DNA from: Opitutales bacterium
Lineage (GTDB): Bacteria; Verrucomicrobiota; Verrucomicrobiia; Opitutales; UBA2987
Direction of reading: 5' to 3'
DNA length: 64,000 nt
Assembly: GCA_965226885.1 (NCBI GenBank)
Contig: CBDDEL010000014.1
Coordinates: forward strand, 288,001 to 352,000
How positions within the stretch are numbered: the first letter of the stretch is position 1; every line of letters begins with the position of its first letter. Both the position numbers and the translations under genes were made by a program. Shown piece after piece: positions 21,482 to 33,079 of this stretch. The notes below the pieces were generated by a model. The model did not search any database, was not told the origin of the DNA, and saw only the letters and a program-made list of their open reading frames with translations.

Positions 21482-23269
21482 TTATTCCTTCGTTTCAATC
21501 GTTTCGATATGCAAGTCGCGCAGTTGCCGTGGGGTGACGGTAGTGGGGCTTTCCGTCATCAGACACTGCCCTTTTTGCGTTTTTGGGAAAGCGATAACTT
21601 CGCGGATACTGGACACATTGGCCAGAATGGCCACCAACCGGTCAAAACCAATGGCGATGCCTCCATGCGGAGGGGCTCCATATTTGAATGCCTCCAGCAT
21701 GTAGCCGAAACGGCTCTGCACGACATCGGGCGGGATGCCAAGGGCCTCTTCAAATACCTTGCGCTGCAATTCCGGCTTGTGGATACGAATGCTGCCACCG
21801 CCCAATTCAACTCCGTTGAGGACCACATCATAATGCTGGCCGCGAACCTTTGCCGGATCGGTGTCGATGAGCGGTATGTCCTCCACGACGGGAGATGTGA
21901 AGGGATGATGGCTGGAGACATATCGGCCGCTATCTTCGTCTCTGGTCATCAAGGGAAAGTCGATCACCCAGAGAAAATTGTAGCGATCCTGGGGTAAAAC
22001 CAGTTTTTCTCTTTTTACCAGCAAGCGGGCCGATTCCTGTCGCACCCGACCCAAAATGAGGCAGGCGCGTTCCCATTCGTCGGCGGCGAAAAATATCATA
22101 TCGCCCTCTTCAATTTGGAGAGCTTCCTGCAATGATGCCTTCTCCTCCTCGGAGAAAAATTTGAGAATGGGAGACTTCCACTCACCTCCGGTGGCCCGGA
22201 TAAAGGCTAGACCCTTGGCCCCCATGGATTTGGCAGCCTCCTCCATGTCCCGCAATTCCCCTTGCGTGATGCCGGCCAGACCCTTGGCATTGATTGCCTT
22301 GACCACACCGCCATTTTTCAAGGTTGCAGAAAAAAGTCGAAACCCGGATTGGCTGAAAACTTTCCCTAAATCCACAATTTCCATAGCGTAACGGGTGTCC
22401 GGCTTGTCGACGCCGAAACGGTTCATGGCCTCGTTAAAGGTCATACGGGGAAAGGGCAGCGGAATATCGATTTGCAGGATCTCCTGCCAGATTCGCTGAA
22501 AAAGCGCCTCGACAAGGGCGTAAATGTCCTCGCGGTCGATGAACGATTGCTCGATGTCGATTTGCGTAAACTCTGGTTGCCGGTCGGCTCTCAGGTCCTC
22601 ATCACGAAAACAACGCGCCATTTGAAAATACCGTTCCACCCCTGCCACCATCAGCATTTGCTTGAATTGCTGGGGCGATTGCGGGAGCGCATAGAACTCC
22701 CCCGGTCTCACTCGGCTGGGCACAAGGAACTCGCGAGCACCCTCAGGGGTGCTCTTGAAAAGCATGGGGGTCTCCACTTCGATAAACCCGCAGCCATCCA
22801 TGAAATCGCGGACGGCCTTGGCGGCCCGGTGGCGCAAACGAAGGATATTGAGATTTTTGGGCCGGCGCAAATCAAGATAGCGGTAATTCAGGCGCAAGTC
22901 TTCACCCACGCGGTCCCCCTGGTCGTCGCCCAGGGGAAATGGCGGCGTTTGGGAATCGTTGAGGATGGCTAATTTTTCGGCGTGAATTTCGACTTCCCCG
23001 GTCCGCAGGCGGGGGTTGATCGTCTCTTCGGTGCGAGGTTCCACCACCCCGCCGACTTCGATTACTGATTCCGGTTTGAGGCGGTTCAAATTTCCATCAT
23101 AGGAATTCCCTTGTGGGTAAAAGACTATCTGGGTGCGGCCCTCGCGGTCGCGCAGATCGACAAAAATGAGGCCTCCGTGGTCGCGCACGGTATCGATCCA
23201 GCCGCTTAAAACAACGGTTTTCCCGGCGTCGGCCTTGGTAATTTCACAACAATGATGCGTTCTGTTCAT
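21482..23269 (-). CDS. aspS: Aspartate--tRNA ligase
   Basis: RDHGGLIFVDLRD, STPEGAREF, LPQSPQ, RCFRDEDLRADRQPEFTQ, GAPPHGG. Confidence 0.98.
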   Translation of the reverse strand: MNRTHHCCEITKADAGKTVVLSGWIDTVRDHGGLIFVDLRDREGRTQIVFYPQGNSYDGNLNRLKPESVIEVGGVVEPRTEETINPRLRTGEVEIHAEKLAILNDSQTPPFPLGDDQGDRVGEDLRLNYRYLDLRRPKNLNILRLRHRAAKAVRDFMDGCGFIEVETPMLFKSTPEGAREFLVPSRVRPGEFYALPQSPQQFKQMLMVAGVERYFQMARCFRDEDLRADRQPEFTQIDIEQSFIDREDIYALVEALFQRIWQEILQIDIPLPFPRMTFNEAMNRFGVDKPDTRYAMEIVDLGKVFSQSGFRLFSATLKNGGVVKAINAKGLAGITQGELRDMEEAAKSMGAKGLAFIRATGGEWKSPILKFFSEEEKASLQEALQIEEGDMIFFAADEWERACLILGRVRQESARLLVKREKLVLPQDRYNFLWVIDFPLMTRDEDSGRYVSSHHPFTSPVVEDIPLIDTDPAKVRGQHYDVVLNGVELGGGSIRIHKPELQRKVFEEALGIPPDVVQSRFGYMLEAFKYGAPPHGGIAIGFDRLVAILANVSSIREVIAFPKTQKGQCLMTESPTTVTPRQLRDLHIETIETKE

Positions 23270-23363
23270 GGCAAATGGATAAAGGGCAGAAATGAAAGCG
23301 GGCCGACTCGTGATAAACAAGCCCGAAAATGATTTTTTTCTTTAGCTCCGCCGGGAATGAGGG

Positions 23364-25598
23364 TTAAGGAGAGCTTTCAAATGACAAGGATAAAACAGCC
23401 GCTCTTCCATTTTCATCGAATGCCTCCAGGAGCAAACTGTGCGATCCCGGCTTGAGGTCCTCAAGGGCCAAGGCAAAGCTTTCTTCCTTCGAATCGAAAA
23501 GCCCGTCCTGCGGTCGCAGGGAACGAGCCTTTTGACCATCCAAAGTATAATAAACAGCCCGCAGGACACTCAAATCGTCAGATGCCTTGAACTGGATGAG
23601 GTGGTCCTTATTGCCCATATCCTCTGTGGTGTCTAGAAATTCGATTTCGGGCGGAGAATTGTCGATCAGAAAAAGTTCGCTCAACCTTTCGCCGCGGCGG
23701 GCGTTACGGGCGTCATTATCAAGGCGGTCGTCGGCACCCACCTTGACCTGGTAATAGCCATCCTCAAATCCACGCGTATTAAAAGTGTAAACGGGCTCCT
23801 CCAGTTCTTCCGCCAAGGCTATCCAGTCCACAGCATCCACTGCCTTAATGCTTAGACCGAACTCCAGGGTGTCGCCATTAGGATCGACCGCGTTCCAGGC
23901 AATGGTCATCAAACCTTCCTCGCCCAGGTTTTTCAGCTGAAGGCGCGGAACCGGTTTTTGCAGCAATTTTTCCGGATTCCTCTCTTCGAGAAGACTTTTT
24001 AGATCGATATTCGGTTTGTTGGCGACAGATCTAAGCATTTCAAAGCCGGCCGGAATCACACGAATGGCACTAATATTGGGAGTAGCATTGCCGGTCTGAT
24101 AAAAAAGGCGAAGCCGGCGCACCATAGCATTATCAATGCTTAAGGGATTGTTGTTTTCGTGGTCACTGGCAAAAGATAGCTCGTATTGCATGAACCGGGC
24201 GTTGGGACTTTCGATCAGGTGGCGGTCGCCGGAAAACACGGCCTCTTCCCATGAAGACCAGGTATCGTCCGGTTCCTCGGTATTGCCGCTACGGGTGCGC
24301 AGGCGGTTTGCGGCAGCCCCGCCACCCTTGCCCAAAGGGTGCAAATTTCCCCATCGGGCAATCTGGCCGGCATCCACCGTCGGGGAAGTAAACTTGCCTT
24401 CCGATGCTGGCTGCCCTTGCAGGCGGTATATGCCCCCCGGGTTGCTGGTGATAACCAATAGATCGTCCGCATTGGCGGGATCGGGCATGAGGACGGAGAT
24501 TTCGCCTCCTTTGGGCGACTGTTGCAGCAATTTCCAGTAACCGCGGTCCACTACGGAAAAAATGCGCCCGTCATCGTTGGTTCCGACCACAATTTCACCG
24601 GAAGAAGTGTGGGCGAAGGCGAAAATATTGGCGCTGGGCAATCCCCAATAAGCCTCCACAAATCCATTTTCGTCGAGCGAATATATAATGCCCCTGCCCA
24701 CCGGACCGCTTTTCTTTTCTCGCTTATTTCCATTGGAACTCGACCTGAAGCCAGCGTTGGCCGTTACCACAAAAGGTTCTTCCTCGTTCCGGGAAAGAGT
24801 AGCATTCGACGAAGAGCCTCCTCCTCCATTTCCCGATTTCGTATCAAAGGTGGCGAAATAGATTTTGCCGTCATCCAGCGTCGAAATCTGCTTAATCTCC
24901 TGCGCTCCGGAGTTGTAAAGGGCGAAACCTTCATTTTCACCCGTTATGCGATAAAGGATGCCTTGCGGGCTGCTCCCGGCAAGGAGGTGGCCATGGTTGT
25001 CCCAAGCCAGGTCGGTCAAATGGGTTTGATCGCTTTTAAACCAAACCAGAGGCTCGTCGCCGGGCTGGAAATCGGGCGGAAGCTTGTAAATGCGGGCGCT
25101 GCTGCCGGTGGATACGTAGAAATTGCCCTCGGGGTCGAAAACGAAATCCCAGATATAACTGTCATCCGGATCGAAGAAAATTTCCGGTCGTCCTCCCGGA
25201 ACGATGCGGTAAACGCGCCCCACCGGCGAAGTGCCCACATAGAGGTTCCCCTCGCCGTCCAACACCAGGGCGCGGCTCAGTATTTCCTCCGGGCTGAAAT
25301 AATCCGTTACTTCCCCCTCCGCATTCACCTTGAGCACCTTGCCCCGGTTGCCGGTTCCCAGATAGAGGTTCCCGTCCGCGTCGGCCACCGCCGCCCAAAT
25401 GATGGGTTCGTCGATTTCGACCCACTCGGTCAGGGCCGGAGCCAATTGCAGATGCCCCTCGTTACCAAGGGAAACATTCTCGAATTCCCCCTTGATGAAG
25501 TCTTCGTAAACGCTGTGTAAAAACGATTGCGTCCGCACGGCATGAACCAGCGGAAGGATGGAAACTACCGTTAAAAAGACGGCTGCGGTTTTTTTCAT
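23364..25598 (-). CDS. Secreted beta-propeller repeat protein with C-terminal Ig/Fn3-like domains
   Basis: Signal peptide, repeated DxxGNLYxGT blades, RTRSGNT..PD.TWS.W, W.A.DPNGD.L and DN.PP motifs. Confidence 0.75.
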   Translation of the reverse strand: MKKTAAVFLTVVSILPLVHAVRTQSFLHSVYEDFIKGEFENVSLGNEGHLQLAPALTEWVEIDEPIIWAAVADADGNLYLGTGNRGKVLKVNAEGEVTDYFSPEEILSRALVLDGEGNLYVGTSPVGRVYRIVPGGRPEIFFDPDDSYIWDFVFDPEGNFYVSTGSSARIYKLPPDFQPGDEPLVWFKSDQTHLTDLAWDNHGHLLAGSSPQGILYRITGENEGFALYNSGAQEIKQISTLDDGKIYFATFDTKSGNGGGGSSSNATLSRNEEEPFVVTANAGFRSSSNGNKREKKSGPVGRGIIYSLDENGFVEAYWGLPSANIFAFAHTSSGEIVVGTNDDGRIFSVVDRGYWKLLQQSPKGGEISVLMPDPANADDLLVITSNPGGIYRLQGQPASEGKFTSPTVDAGQIARWGNLHPLGKGGGAAANRLRTRSGNTEEPDDTWSSWEEAVFSGDRHLIESPNARFMQYELSFASDHENNNPLSIDNAMVRRLRLFYQTGNATPNISAIRVIPAGFEMLRSVANKPNIDLKSLLEERNPEKLLQKPVPRLQLKNLGEEGLMTIAWNAVDPNGDTLEFGLSIKAVDAVDWIALAEELEEPVYTFNTRGFEDGYYQVKVGADDRLDNDARNARRGERLSELFLIDNSPPEIEFLDTTEDMGNKDHLIQFKASDDLSVLRAVYYTLDGQKARSLRPQDGLFDSKEESFALALEDLKPGSHSLLLEAFDENGRAAVLSLSFESSP

Positions 25599-25619
25599 AA
25601 AGACAATGTCGAGAGAGAA

Positions 25620-27461
25620 CTACTCCAAAGTGATGGGGACCTGGTAGCTTCCCCTGAATTCACCCGGAATCTCTATTTTGGTTTCCCACAGGGTTGTTTC
25701 ATCAAGAAACTGGCGTGCCGTATTGTTCCCCGGAGAGGTGAATAAAGCCTGCACCGATGGGGGCAAGTCTGGCAAATTTTCGCCGTCCAGAATGAGCCCT
25801 GGCGCTTTTTTCAGAAGTTTGATGTAAATGCTTTGGCGGGAACGGCGGTGGTTCCATTCCCTAATAATATCATCGACCGAAGTGACAAAGCCCCGTCCAG
25901 AGGTTTCCGCCAATTCGGCCCCGGCCGCATCGGCCACCAATATGGTTAATGCCTCGCCCGGTTGCAGTCCGGGCGGAATGGGAACGCTGATGCTATGGCG
26001 GGTCGGCTTATCCAGATAATTGTAGATGGAAAGGTTTAAATCGACAGTTCCGCCTGGCTTTACCCGCTTATTTACTACTTGCACGGCCTTCAAGCTGCTC
26101 AATAGCCACTCATCGCGTATGTCGATATTGAAATCGATTTTCGTGACCACCGGCATTCCGTAGGGGTTGTTGACGAGTTTCAAATAATTTTCCCAAAAGC
26201 TCATGGCCACCGATTTCGCTCCCTCCGGCCCGCTGGCCACATCCCGAAACACAATGGCGTCATAGCCTTCAAGTTCGACCCGTCCATCAAGATAAAAAGT
26301 CTGCTCTTCGCTTGATTCCATGGTCTGGTAGAGGGATTCAAGCAGGGAAATGGAGGCAAAAATGGGTGATAGGGAGCGATGCTCAAATAAATCCCCGGAA
26401 AACTGCCGGACCACTCCATTGACTCCGCGGGTGGTGATGGACATTTCGATGAGGTGCGGCAGCTCGCCTATTTTTCCGGCAATGGCCGTCAGCCGGTCCT
26501 GATAAACCGACCCCAGCAAAGGTCCCGTATTGGAAAGCTTGAAGGATTGGTTGACTGACTGAATCACGGTAATGATTTCCGCTCCCGCCATGGGAAAACG
26601 TGTTGGCCCCAACTGGAAAAAAGGATGCCCGAAGGCCAACAGGGTATCGCCATCCCGGTAGGTAACAGTGCCGGTCGCGGCCATATTGAAATCTCCGCTC
26701 ATGAGGACCGCCGCAATGGGTGAACCGGGTTCCAGAGAAAATTTCGATCCGTCGGCAGCCGTGCCGCTGGGCGCTTGCATGACATCCAACCCCAATGCCT
26801 CCAACTGCGGTCGAAAAGCCCTCAGGGCCCGCTCTGAAAACCCCGACGCCATCATGGGTGTGGGCAAAGGAGCGAGCAAGGTTTGCATCCGCTTGAGTTT
26901 GCCAGAATTTTCTCCACCAGTTGAAGAAACAGGATTCACCGAGGAAAAGACAGGCATTAAGCTGCCGGCCCCCTCTTCTCCTCCGGTTATGGCCAATGAG
27001 GTGAAAGAATACGATGCCGGTGCCGATGCCCTGCGAGGCCGCGAGGCCTCCAATGGATAAGTATCCAGAATTTCCAGCATCTGCTCGATGGGGGTGACCC
27101 CGATGATGGCCTGTTCTTTCGGCCAAGTGAACCCATAGGCATAGGCGCCGATCAGTTTCCCCCCAATATAGACCGGGCTTCCACTCATTCCGGCCACCGG
27201 TCCTATCAGCTTGCTCCGGGCATCCAAAGCCTGGCAAATAATCACCGAACGTTGCGGGCCGGTGAAATTCTCCGCCACTCCCAGGACTTCCAGCTTAAAA
27301 CTCTCCACCTCGGTTCCGGAAACCACCGTGCGCCATTCGCCAACCATGCCGGGCTTGACTTCGGAAAGCGGCAGGATGTCCTCTCCAACTGCGCAAAAAG
27401 CTGGAGCCAGAGCCGCATAAAAGAGGGCGAATTGACAAAAGACTGAACGACAAGAAGGCAT
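25620..27461 (-). CDS. SpoIVB-like peptidase S55 domain protein
   Basis: AGMSGSPVYIGGKLIGA and TGTVTY..LLAFGHP motifs; signal peptide. Confidence 0.85.
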   Translation of the reverse strand: MPSCRSVFCQFALFYAALAPAFCAVGEDILPLSEVKPGMVGEWRTVVSGTEVESFKLEVLGVAENFTGPQRSVIICQALDARSKLIGPVAGMSGSPVYIGGKLIGAYAYGFTWPKEQAIIGVTPIEQMLEILDTYPLEASRPRRASAPASYSFTSLAITGGEEGAGSLMPVFSSVNPVSSTGGENSGKLKRMQTLLAPLPTPMMASGFSERALRAFRPQLEALGLDVMQAPSGTAADGSKFSLEPGSPIAAVLMSGDFNMAATGTVTYRDGDTLLAFGHPFFQLGPTRFPMAGAEIITVIQSVNQSFKLSNTGPLLGSVYQDRLTAIAGKIGELPHLIEMSITTRGVNGVVRQFSGDLFEHRSLSPIFASISLLESLYQTMESSEEQTFYLDGRVELEGYDAIVFRDVASGPEGAKSVAMSFWENYLKLVNNPYGMPVVTKIDFNIDIRDEWLLSSLKAVQVVNKRVKPGGTVDLNLSIYNYLDKPTRHSISVPIPPGLQPGEALTILVADAAGAELAETSGRGFVTSVDDIIREWNHRRSRQSIYIKLLKKAPGLILDGENLPDLPPSVQALFTSPGNNTARQFLDETTLWETKIEIPGEFRGSYQVPITLE

Positions 27462-27465
27462 AAAA

Positions 27466-27499
27466 AGAGTCTAATATATATTAGAGTCTAATATATATT
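27466..27499. repeat. Perfect 17-bp tandem duplication AGAGTCTAATATATATT x2
   Basis: Read directly; just upstream of the S55 start codon. Confidence 0.95.
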
Positions 27500-27595
27500 A
27501 TTTTATGGGAGTGGGACAAGCCCATTCACAGTTCAGGAGACACGTCCACCAGACAAAAGTTCTGGCTTCCTCCTCAAATTGTGGTTTCCCCTTTT

Positions 27596-27631
27596 TAAAA
27601 GGCTTTAAGGGCATAAAAGGCTTTAAGGGCA
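27596..27631. repeat. Perfect 18-bp tandem duplication TAAAAGGCTTTAAGGGCA x2
   Basis: Read directly. Confidence 0.95.
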
Positions 27632-28337
27632 TTTTTGCCATGAACTTTGAACATTGGAAATGCTTTTCATTTTCAGGGAACCATGACGAAATAATAATGG
27701 ATACCGTTCAAGCTGAACTCCCTCTCGACGCCAAATCCACTCTCGGAGAAGCGCTGGGCAAAACCGTGATAGTATTACAATTCTCCCCAGAGCGGATAAT
27801 GAGGACTACCGCCGCCAGCCACCCAAGACCTAAAATTAATGGCAAATTTAGCCTACAAATTAAAAAAAAAAGCAGCCCTTCGACCACTTCCCCCAAACCC
27901 GCCACAACAAAACCGTCGCCACTCTGTAAAAAAGATAATTACCAAGAAAAACCCTCTATTCCGCAGCGGATTCCAAGACTTTATTCACCCAGGAATTGAG
28001 GCTTTTATTCTAGTTTTTTTGTTAGAAGGTCTATGCCTGTTCCAATTAAAGATTTAAATACTGGATGCTCGACTAATTTCTTCAATATTCCTTTTGCTTC
28101 TTTCTTTTCATTCTCAGAGGTTTCAGAGTTATTTACAGCCTCAATGAGCGTGTCAAACAAGACATTCATATTTTGAGTGTTGTGGTTACCTATCTGGACT
28201 TGATACGGATTATTTATCTCGATTCTTTCACTCATTTTATCTCTTTCTTTTTCAAGATTTCTGAAAATCAAATTGAGTTCAGTAGTGCGGCGGGCCTTCA
28301 AATCAGGACAATCTTTTTCTACCTTTATATGTCCTAG

Positions 28338-30730
28338 CCCGGATATTTCATGAAGGGTAAAGTTTGGCTCGTTATTGCTATTGGAGATGGAGATGGATTT
28401 CTTTGTATTTTGAGCAGATCGTCTTGATTTTTAGGTGTTTTTCAGGGTGTAGAGACACTGCCCCCTTTCCCCCATTGGTTCGGTAGTGCCGGGGGCAGCA
28501 CCAATGCACCCTTTAGGTTGGCACCAATCGGCGGGCCGCATGGTTGAAAAGACTGGCCCAAGGATAACTCTCACTTAGGTGAAAGTGAATCGTTCGGGTG
28601 TTGCGCACGATGACCGCTCCGATCTTGATTAATTTGAGCCGCAGGGTGTGGCATTGGGCCCGCGCCCACTTCGTCCCTTTTAAGGCTAACCGGCGCATGG
28701 CTTCCATCAAGGTGTAGGCCAGCGCCGAGGTAGTGTATAAAAAAAGAATGTTATTTTGTATTTTTAGCTGTACAAATAGCGTTAGGCAGTTTATTCTTAG
28801 TGCATCTTAGTGCATGGTTACTAAAATTATTAATTGTCGGCACTGTGGAAGTGAAAATATCATTAAATTTGGCAAGACGCCCAGCCATAAACAGCGCTAC
28901 CGCTGCCATGATTGTGGTAAACAAAGCCGCGAAAACCCCACAGTGAAATACACCGAAGAGCAAAAAGAAATGATCCTTCGAGTCTATCAGGAACGCAGCA
29001 GTCTACGCGGTTTACAGCGCGCCTTCGGGGTGAGTCCCAACACCGTTTTGAGTTGGTTAAAAAAAACGACAATCGCTGCGACCGCTCAAAAGCACGATTC
29101 TTGCGGCCCGCCGCCATGATGTCATTGAACTGGACGAACTGTGGTCTTTTGTGGGGCGCAAGAGCGATGCCCAATGGGTTTGGATCGCTCTTTGCCGACG
29201 CACCCGTCAAATCCTCTCCTATGCCATTGGGCCTCGGGATTGGTATCGTTGCCGGGAACTTTACGAGCGTCTGCCACGGGCCTACAAAAGATGTGCCACC
29301 TACAGCGACTTTTGGAGCACTTATGATGAAGTCTTTCCTCATAACCGATCCGTGGGAAAAGAAACCGGTGAAACGGCCCATGTGGAACGATGGAACAATA
29401 CCCTGCGCCAACGACTGGGTCGTTTCACACGCAAAACCCTCTCCTTTTCCAAGCTTAAGAGTATGCATGAAACCTGTCTGAGACTTTTCATTCATCAATA
29501 TAATCAAGAATTAGCCACCATTCCTACTTAATACACTACCAGCGCCGACAAGAGCAATCGCCACTGATTGGCCCACCATTGATGGGCGCTGGTGCGCTCG
29601 CTGAACAATTGCATCTGTTCCTTGATTCGGTTCTCCATTTCACCGCGGCCACAGTATACCTTGTCGTAAAGCTCCTGGGGATCGCCCGGCAGGTTCGTCA
29701 CCACGAAGCGCGGGTTGGACCCCTGTGCGGTGTGTTCGGCTTTATGGATGACCAACCGCAGCCATCGCCACGAATCGGCAGCATAGACGAAGTCCTGGAA
29801 TAACCGTTGTTTTTTACCCCTTAGTTCGAACCATTCTTTGGCCTGCTTTTGCAACTGCTGGGCATCTTGCTGCAAGCGTGCATTGCGAGCCATCCCCACG
29901 ATGTAACTAACTTCGTTGCGGTCGCACCAAGAGAGTATCCGGTCTCGACAAAATCCACTGTCGGCGCGCCAAATAATCCGCGTACGGGGCCAGCTTTGGC
30001 GAATCCGTTTAACCAGCAATTTGAGGATGGCCCCGGCATGCTTGCTGGCATCGATCTTGCTCGGCCGCAGGTAGGCCACCAGCAGCTGATCACCGCAAAA
30101 AACATATAGCGGCAGAAAACAGTAATGATCATAATAACCGTGGAAAAAACGTCCCTCCTGGAGCCCGTGCACCGGATTGTCGGTGCCGTCAAAGTCCAGG
30201 ATGATCTCTTCGGGTTCCTCGGCAAAGGAGCCCATGAACTGTTCGACCAACAGCTCGTTTACCGCAAAGGCCGCCCGCCGATCCTGCCCGTTTTCAAAAC
30301 GACACAAAGTCGGCGCGCTGGCCAACGTTTCAATGCGCCCCGTTACCGTTTGCAACAATGGATCGTGGCGCAGGGTATCAAAGTCGTTCAAATCCTCATA
30401 GCCCGCCACCAGCCCGTAAACGCGCTGCCGCAGCATCCCCAATACCTCATGGCGTACTTTGCCCTTCTGCCGTTTGTCCACTAACTGTCGGGCCGCTCGT
30501 TCGGTCAAGCCCAACTGCCGATCCACTTCCCGGATCAAAAGCAGTCCGGCATCCGAAGTAACCTCTCCGCCCTTGAAATCAACCCGCACACGGCGGCCTT
30601 TTACCCTTGTCAACTGTAGCTTTAATTGTTTACCTTTTGTCATCGCTGATATTGCTTTAATTATTGATCTATCCTGCTGTATATCAGCAGTTAAGCATAT
30701 CAACGATACTTTTTTTACGAAATATCCGGG
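28338..30730 (-). mobile_element. IS1380 family element (IS-B copy 1), interrupted by IS1
   Basis: IRs CCCGGATATTTC, CTAG duplicated at 28334-28337 and 30731-30734, transposase motif DFKGGEVTSDAGLLL; ORF split into 29528-30703 and 28513-28710. Confidence 0.95.
28729..29540 (+). mobile_element. IS1 family element (IS-C copy 1)
   Basis: Ends GGTAGTGTA..TACACTACC, 8-bp TSD AGCGCCGA. InsA zinc finger (C..C, QRYRC..C) at 28814; InsB motifs ELDELWSFV and ERWNNTLRQR. Confidence 0.95.
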
Positions 30731-30797
30731 CTAGTGAAAAATTTCGATAGAAACGACGGTATTTCTCTAATTCATATATGGATGATTCTTTCAAACA

Positions 30798-30847
30798 TTC
30801 AAAATCATCAAGAAATAGTGCCTTCAAAATCATCAAGAAATAGTGCC
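30798..30847. repeat. Perfect 25-bp tandem duplication causing a frameshift
   Basis: TTCAAAATCATCAAGAAATAGTGCC x2; KALFLDDFE appears in two frames. Confidence 0.95.
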
Positions 30848-31250
30848 TTGATATCACCTTCAGAAGCAATTCCGATTTCTTGGTGAAAAACCTTAATAAC
30901 TGAATCGGTCTGTTCAATGAAGAATCCTGTATACGAGTCTAGGTTTTCTATCAAAGATTCTTGAATCCTAACAAAGGCGCCAGGACTTTGTTCCAAGCCT
31001 CGAAAACTAAATTCACTGAGAACTCCTTGTGCCACTTCCCTGCAACGAGGAATAAAACTCTTTCTCTTTTCATCGGTCAGAGAAGAAATATTATTAAGAA
31101 TATCACTCATTAAACATTGTCGAAAAATTAGTATTATAAGGGCTGTGAAAGCGTAAGCAGAGATGATCTTATTCAATTTGTTGGAAAAAGGGGTTGGGAC
31201 AAGATTAAAGGTATATATTCAGAGTCGTTGGCCATATCGACTTGTAATTA

Positions 31251-33076
31251 GAGGCTGTCCCAAAAGGGTGATTTTTGCGAGGGCTTCTGATAGGCGCTCA
31301 TTTTAGAGGTATTTGCATTTGGGAGAGTATCAACTTTGCTCTCCTATAACGTTAGGATACTGGTTTTGGGGTCCGGTTGCCTGGTTTTCTTTGTATGAGC
31401 CGACAGTAAGGCTGTGAAAAAGTATTGTCCTTGCTTTTCCGCTCTCTAGGCCGCCGCTTTGGTTTTTAGTTCGTCTTGCTGGGCCAGCATCTTGGCTACT
31501 TTCCATAGGTTGTGCGAGAGTACCGACCAGGCTACGCTGATCGAGCGGTTGGCAAAGCCTTTGCTGCGCAACCGCCCGGCCTGCCAGCGATTCTTCAATA
31601 CCCCGATCCGCCCTTCGGTGCTGGCCCGGCGCTTTTGCAATTGCCTGAACAGTGGTTCCTCCATCCGTTTTTTCAACTGCTTCGGATCGCGTGGACAGAG
31701 CGCGTCGTAGATTCCCTCCTGGGCTAACTGCCGGCGGGCCCGCTGGGAGGCAAATCCCCGGTCCGCGCACATGGCCGCTATGGGTTCTTCCAGGTTGAAG
31801 CGGTTCTGTCTTTGCAAACTCTCTTGCATTTGTTCATTTTCGCTTGGAGTTCGGCTGCCGTAGAGTTTCCAGTCCAGCAGGTACCCTTCAACGCTTTCTC
31901 CCAAAAACAGGGTGTTGCCGAACTCGACCTCTTGGCCCGCTTTACCTCGCACAATCACCTGCCCATCGAGTTCGTAAACACTCAAGACTTTCTCTGCGTT
32001 TTTCACCTGGCGGCCGCCAATGATCCGCTCGTGCGCCTGTTTGATGACCACCGGGATTTGCTCGCTCATGCGCTCCATCCGGGCGAGGATCTGTTGGACC
32101 TGTTTTTCGCTGTAATCGCTTTGCTCCCAGCAGGCTTGCAATAATTCCCGGTGACTGCGGGCATGCTCCCCGATCCGTTTGAGCAGCTTTTTCATCTGCC
32201 TCAAGATACCCTTGCGCTGCCGCGCGCTGTCCTTTCGCCGCCGGCTGTGAGTCCTGTGAGTCATCTGTATGCACAGCCGATTCATCTGCCGAGCCAAGGG
32301 CTCCGGTTCGATCGGCATGCGATGGCGCAAACCGGCCTTCTCGCGGATCAGCCGGATCGCTTTGAGCAACGTGCCGGCTACATCCTTGAGTAATACCCAG
32401 TCCGTCGGCCAATGAATGTTAGCCTCCAAACAGGTGCCGTCGATCAGGCAAATGGTGGTGTCAATCGGCTTGTCCAATCCCACCTGCCGGGCCAGAAGGG
32501 CATCGCCCACCACCTCAGTCAAGGTCCGGTGCAAGGCCCTCAACTGCTCTTCGCTGAAAAACTTCGAGGCCCGCTCCAGGGTGCTTTTGGAGATGCCCCT
32601 GATGCCATCGATCTGCCGGACACGGCAAAAGTCGGCCAACAGATCGCTGCTGCCCAGAGCCCGCGACAAATGCCGAAACGAAATCCCTCCGAGCAGACGG
32701 CCCAGCGTATCCATGCGCAGTGCCTTGATGGCAAAACTGGCCCGCTGCCGCCGGGCCTTTAGACCCATTGGCGGCCACCCCTCCAAGGCCAGCTCAATGG
32801 CCTGCGATTCCACCTCCGAGTCGATCAGCAGCCGATCGATTCGATCAATGGTGGCGCGGAAGTTATCGTAATCGAGGCACCGGTCGACCACAGTTAAAGC
32901 TGGACGCAGGAGGCATTGGATGGCTATATTTTTCATAGAAAGGGCTATATTGATTTTCGCTAACTCAATTATAGAACCCTTTTTTGGCCGGATCGAGCAA
33001 AAACTTGCTCTTTCCGGCTCTTTTTATCAACGTCATCCAGTTGACTATAAAATCTTTATATTTTTGGGACAGCCTC
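31251..33076 (-). mobile_element. IS-A copy 2, complete; transposase 31446-32936 (496 aa)
   Basis: IR GAGGCTGTCCCAAAA at both ends, TAATTA on both flanks, DDE motifs IDGTCLEANIHWPTD, ADRGF and EGRIGVLK. In-frame 9-bp duplication at 32245-32262. Family assignment is tentative. Confidence 0.92.
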
Positions 33077-33079
33077 TAA

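Larger units (their letters stand above)
28005..31110 (-). pseudogene. Disrupted AT-rich gene for a ~227-aa protein with a RHIM-like motif
   Basis: Removing the 25-bp duplication (30798-30847) and IS1380 with one CTAG joins MSDILNN...FYRNFSL|GHIKVEK...QVQIGNHNTQN...LTKKLE in one frame. Confidence 0.8.

Noticed and set aside
27505..27999. 164-aa ORF between the S55 gene and the RHIM-like remnant
   Set aside because: No recognisable domain, low complexity, and it includes a tandem duplication; probably decayed sequence.
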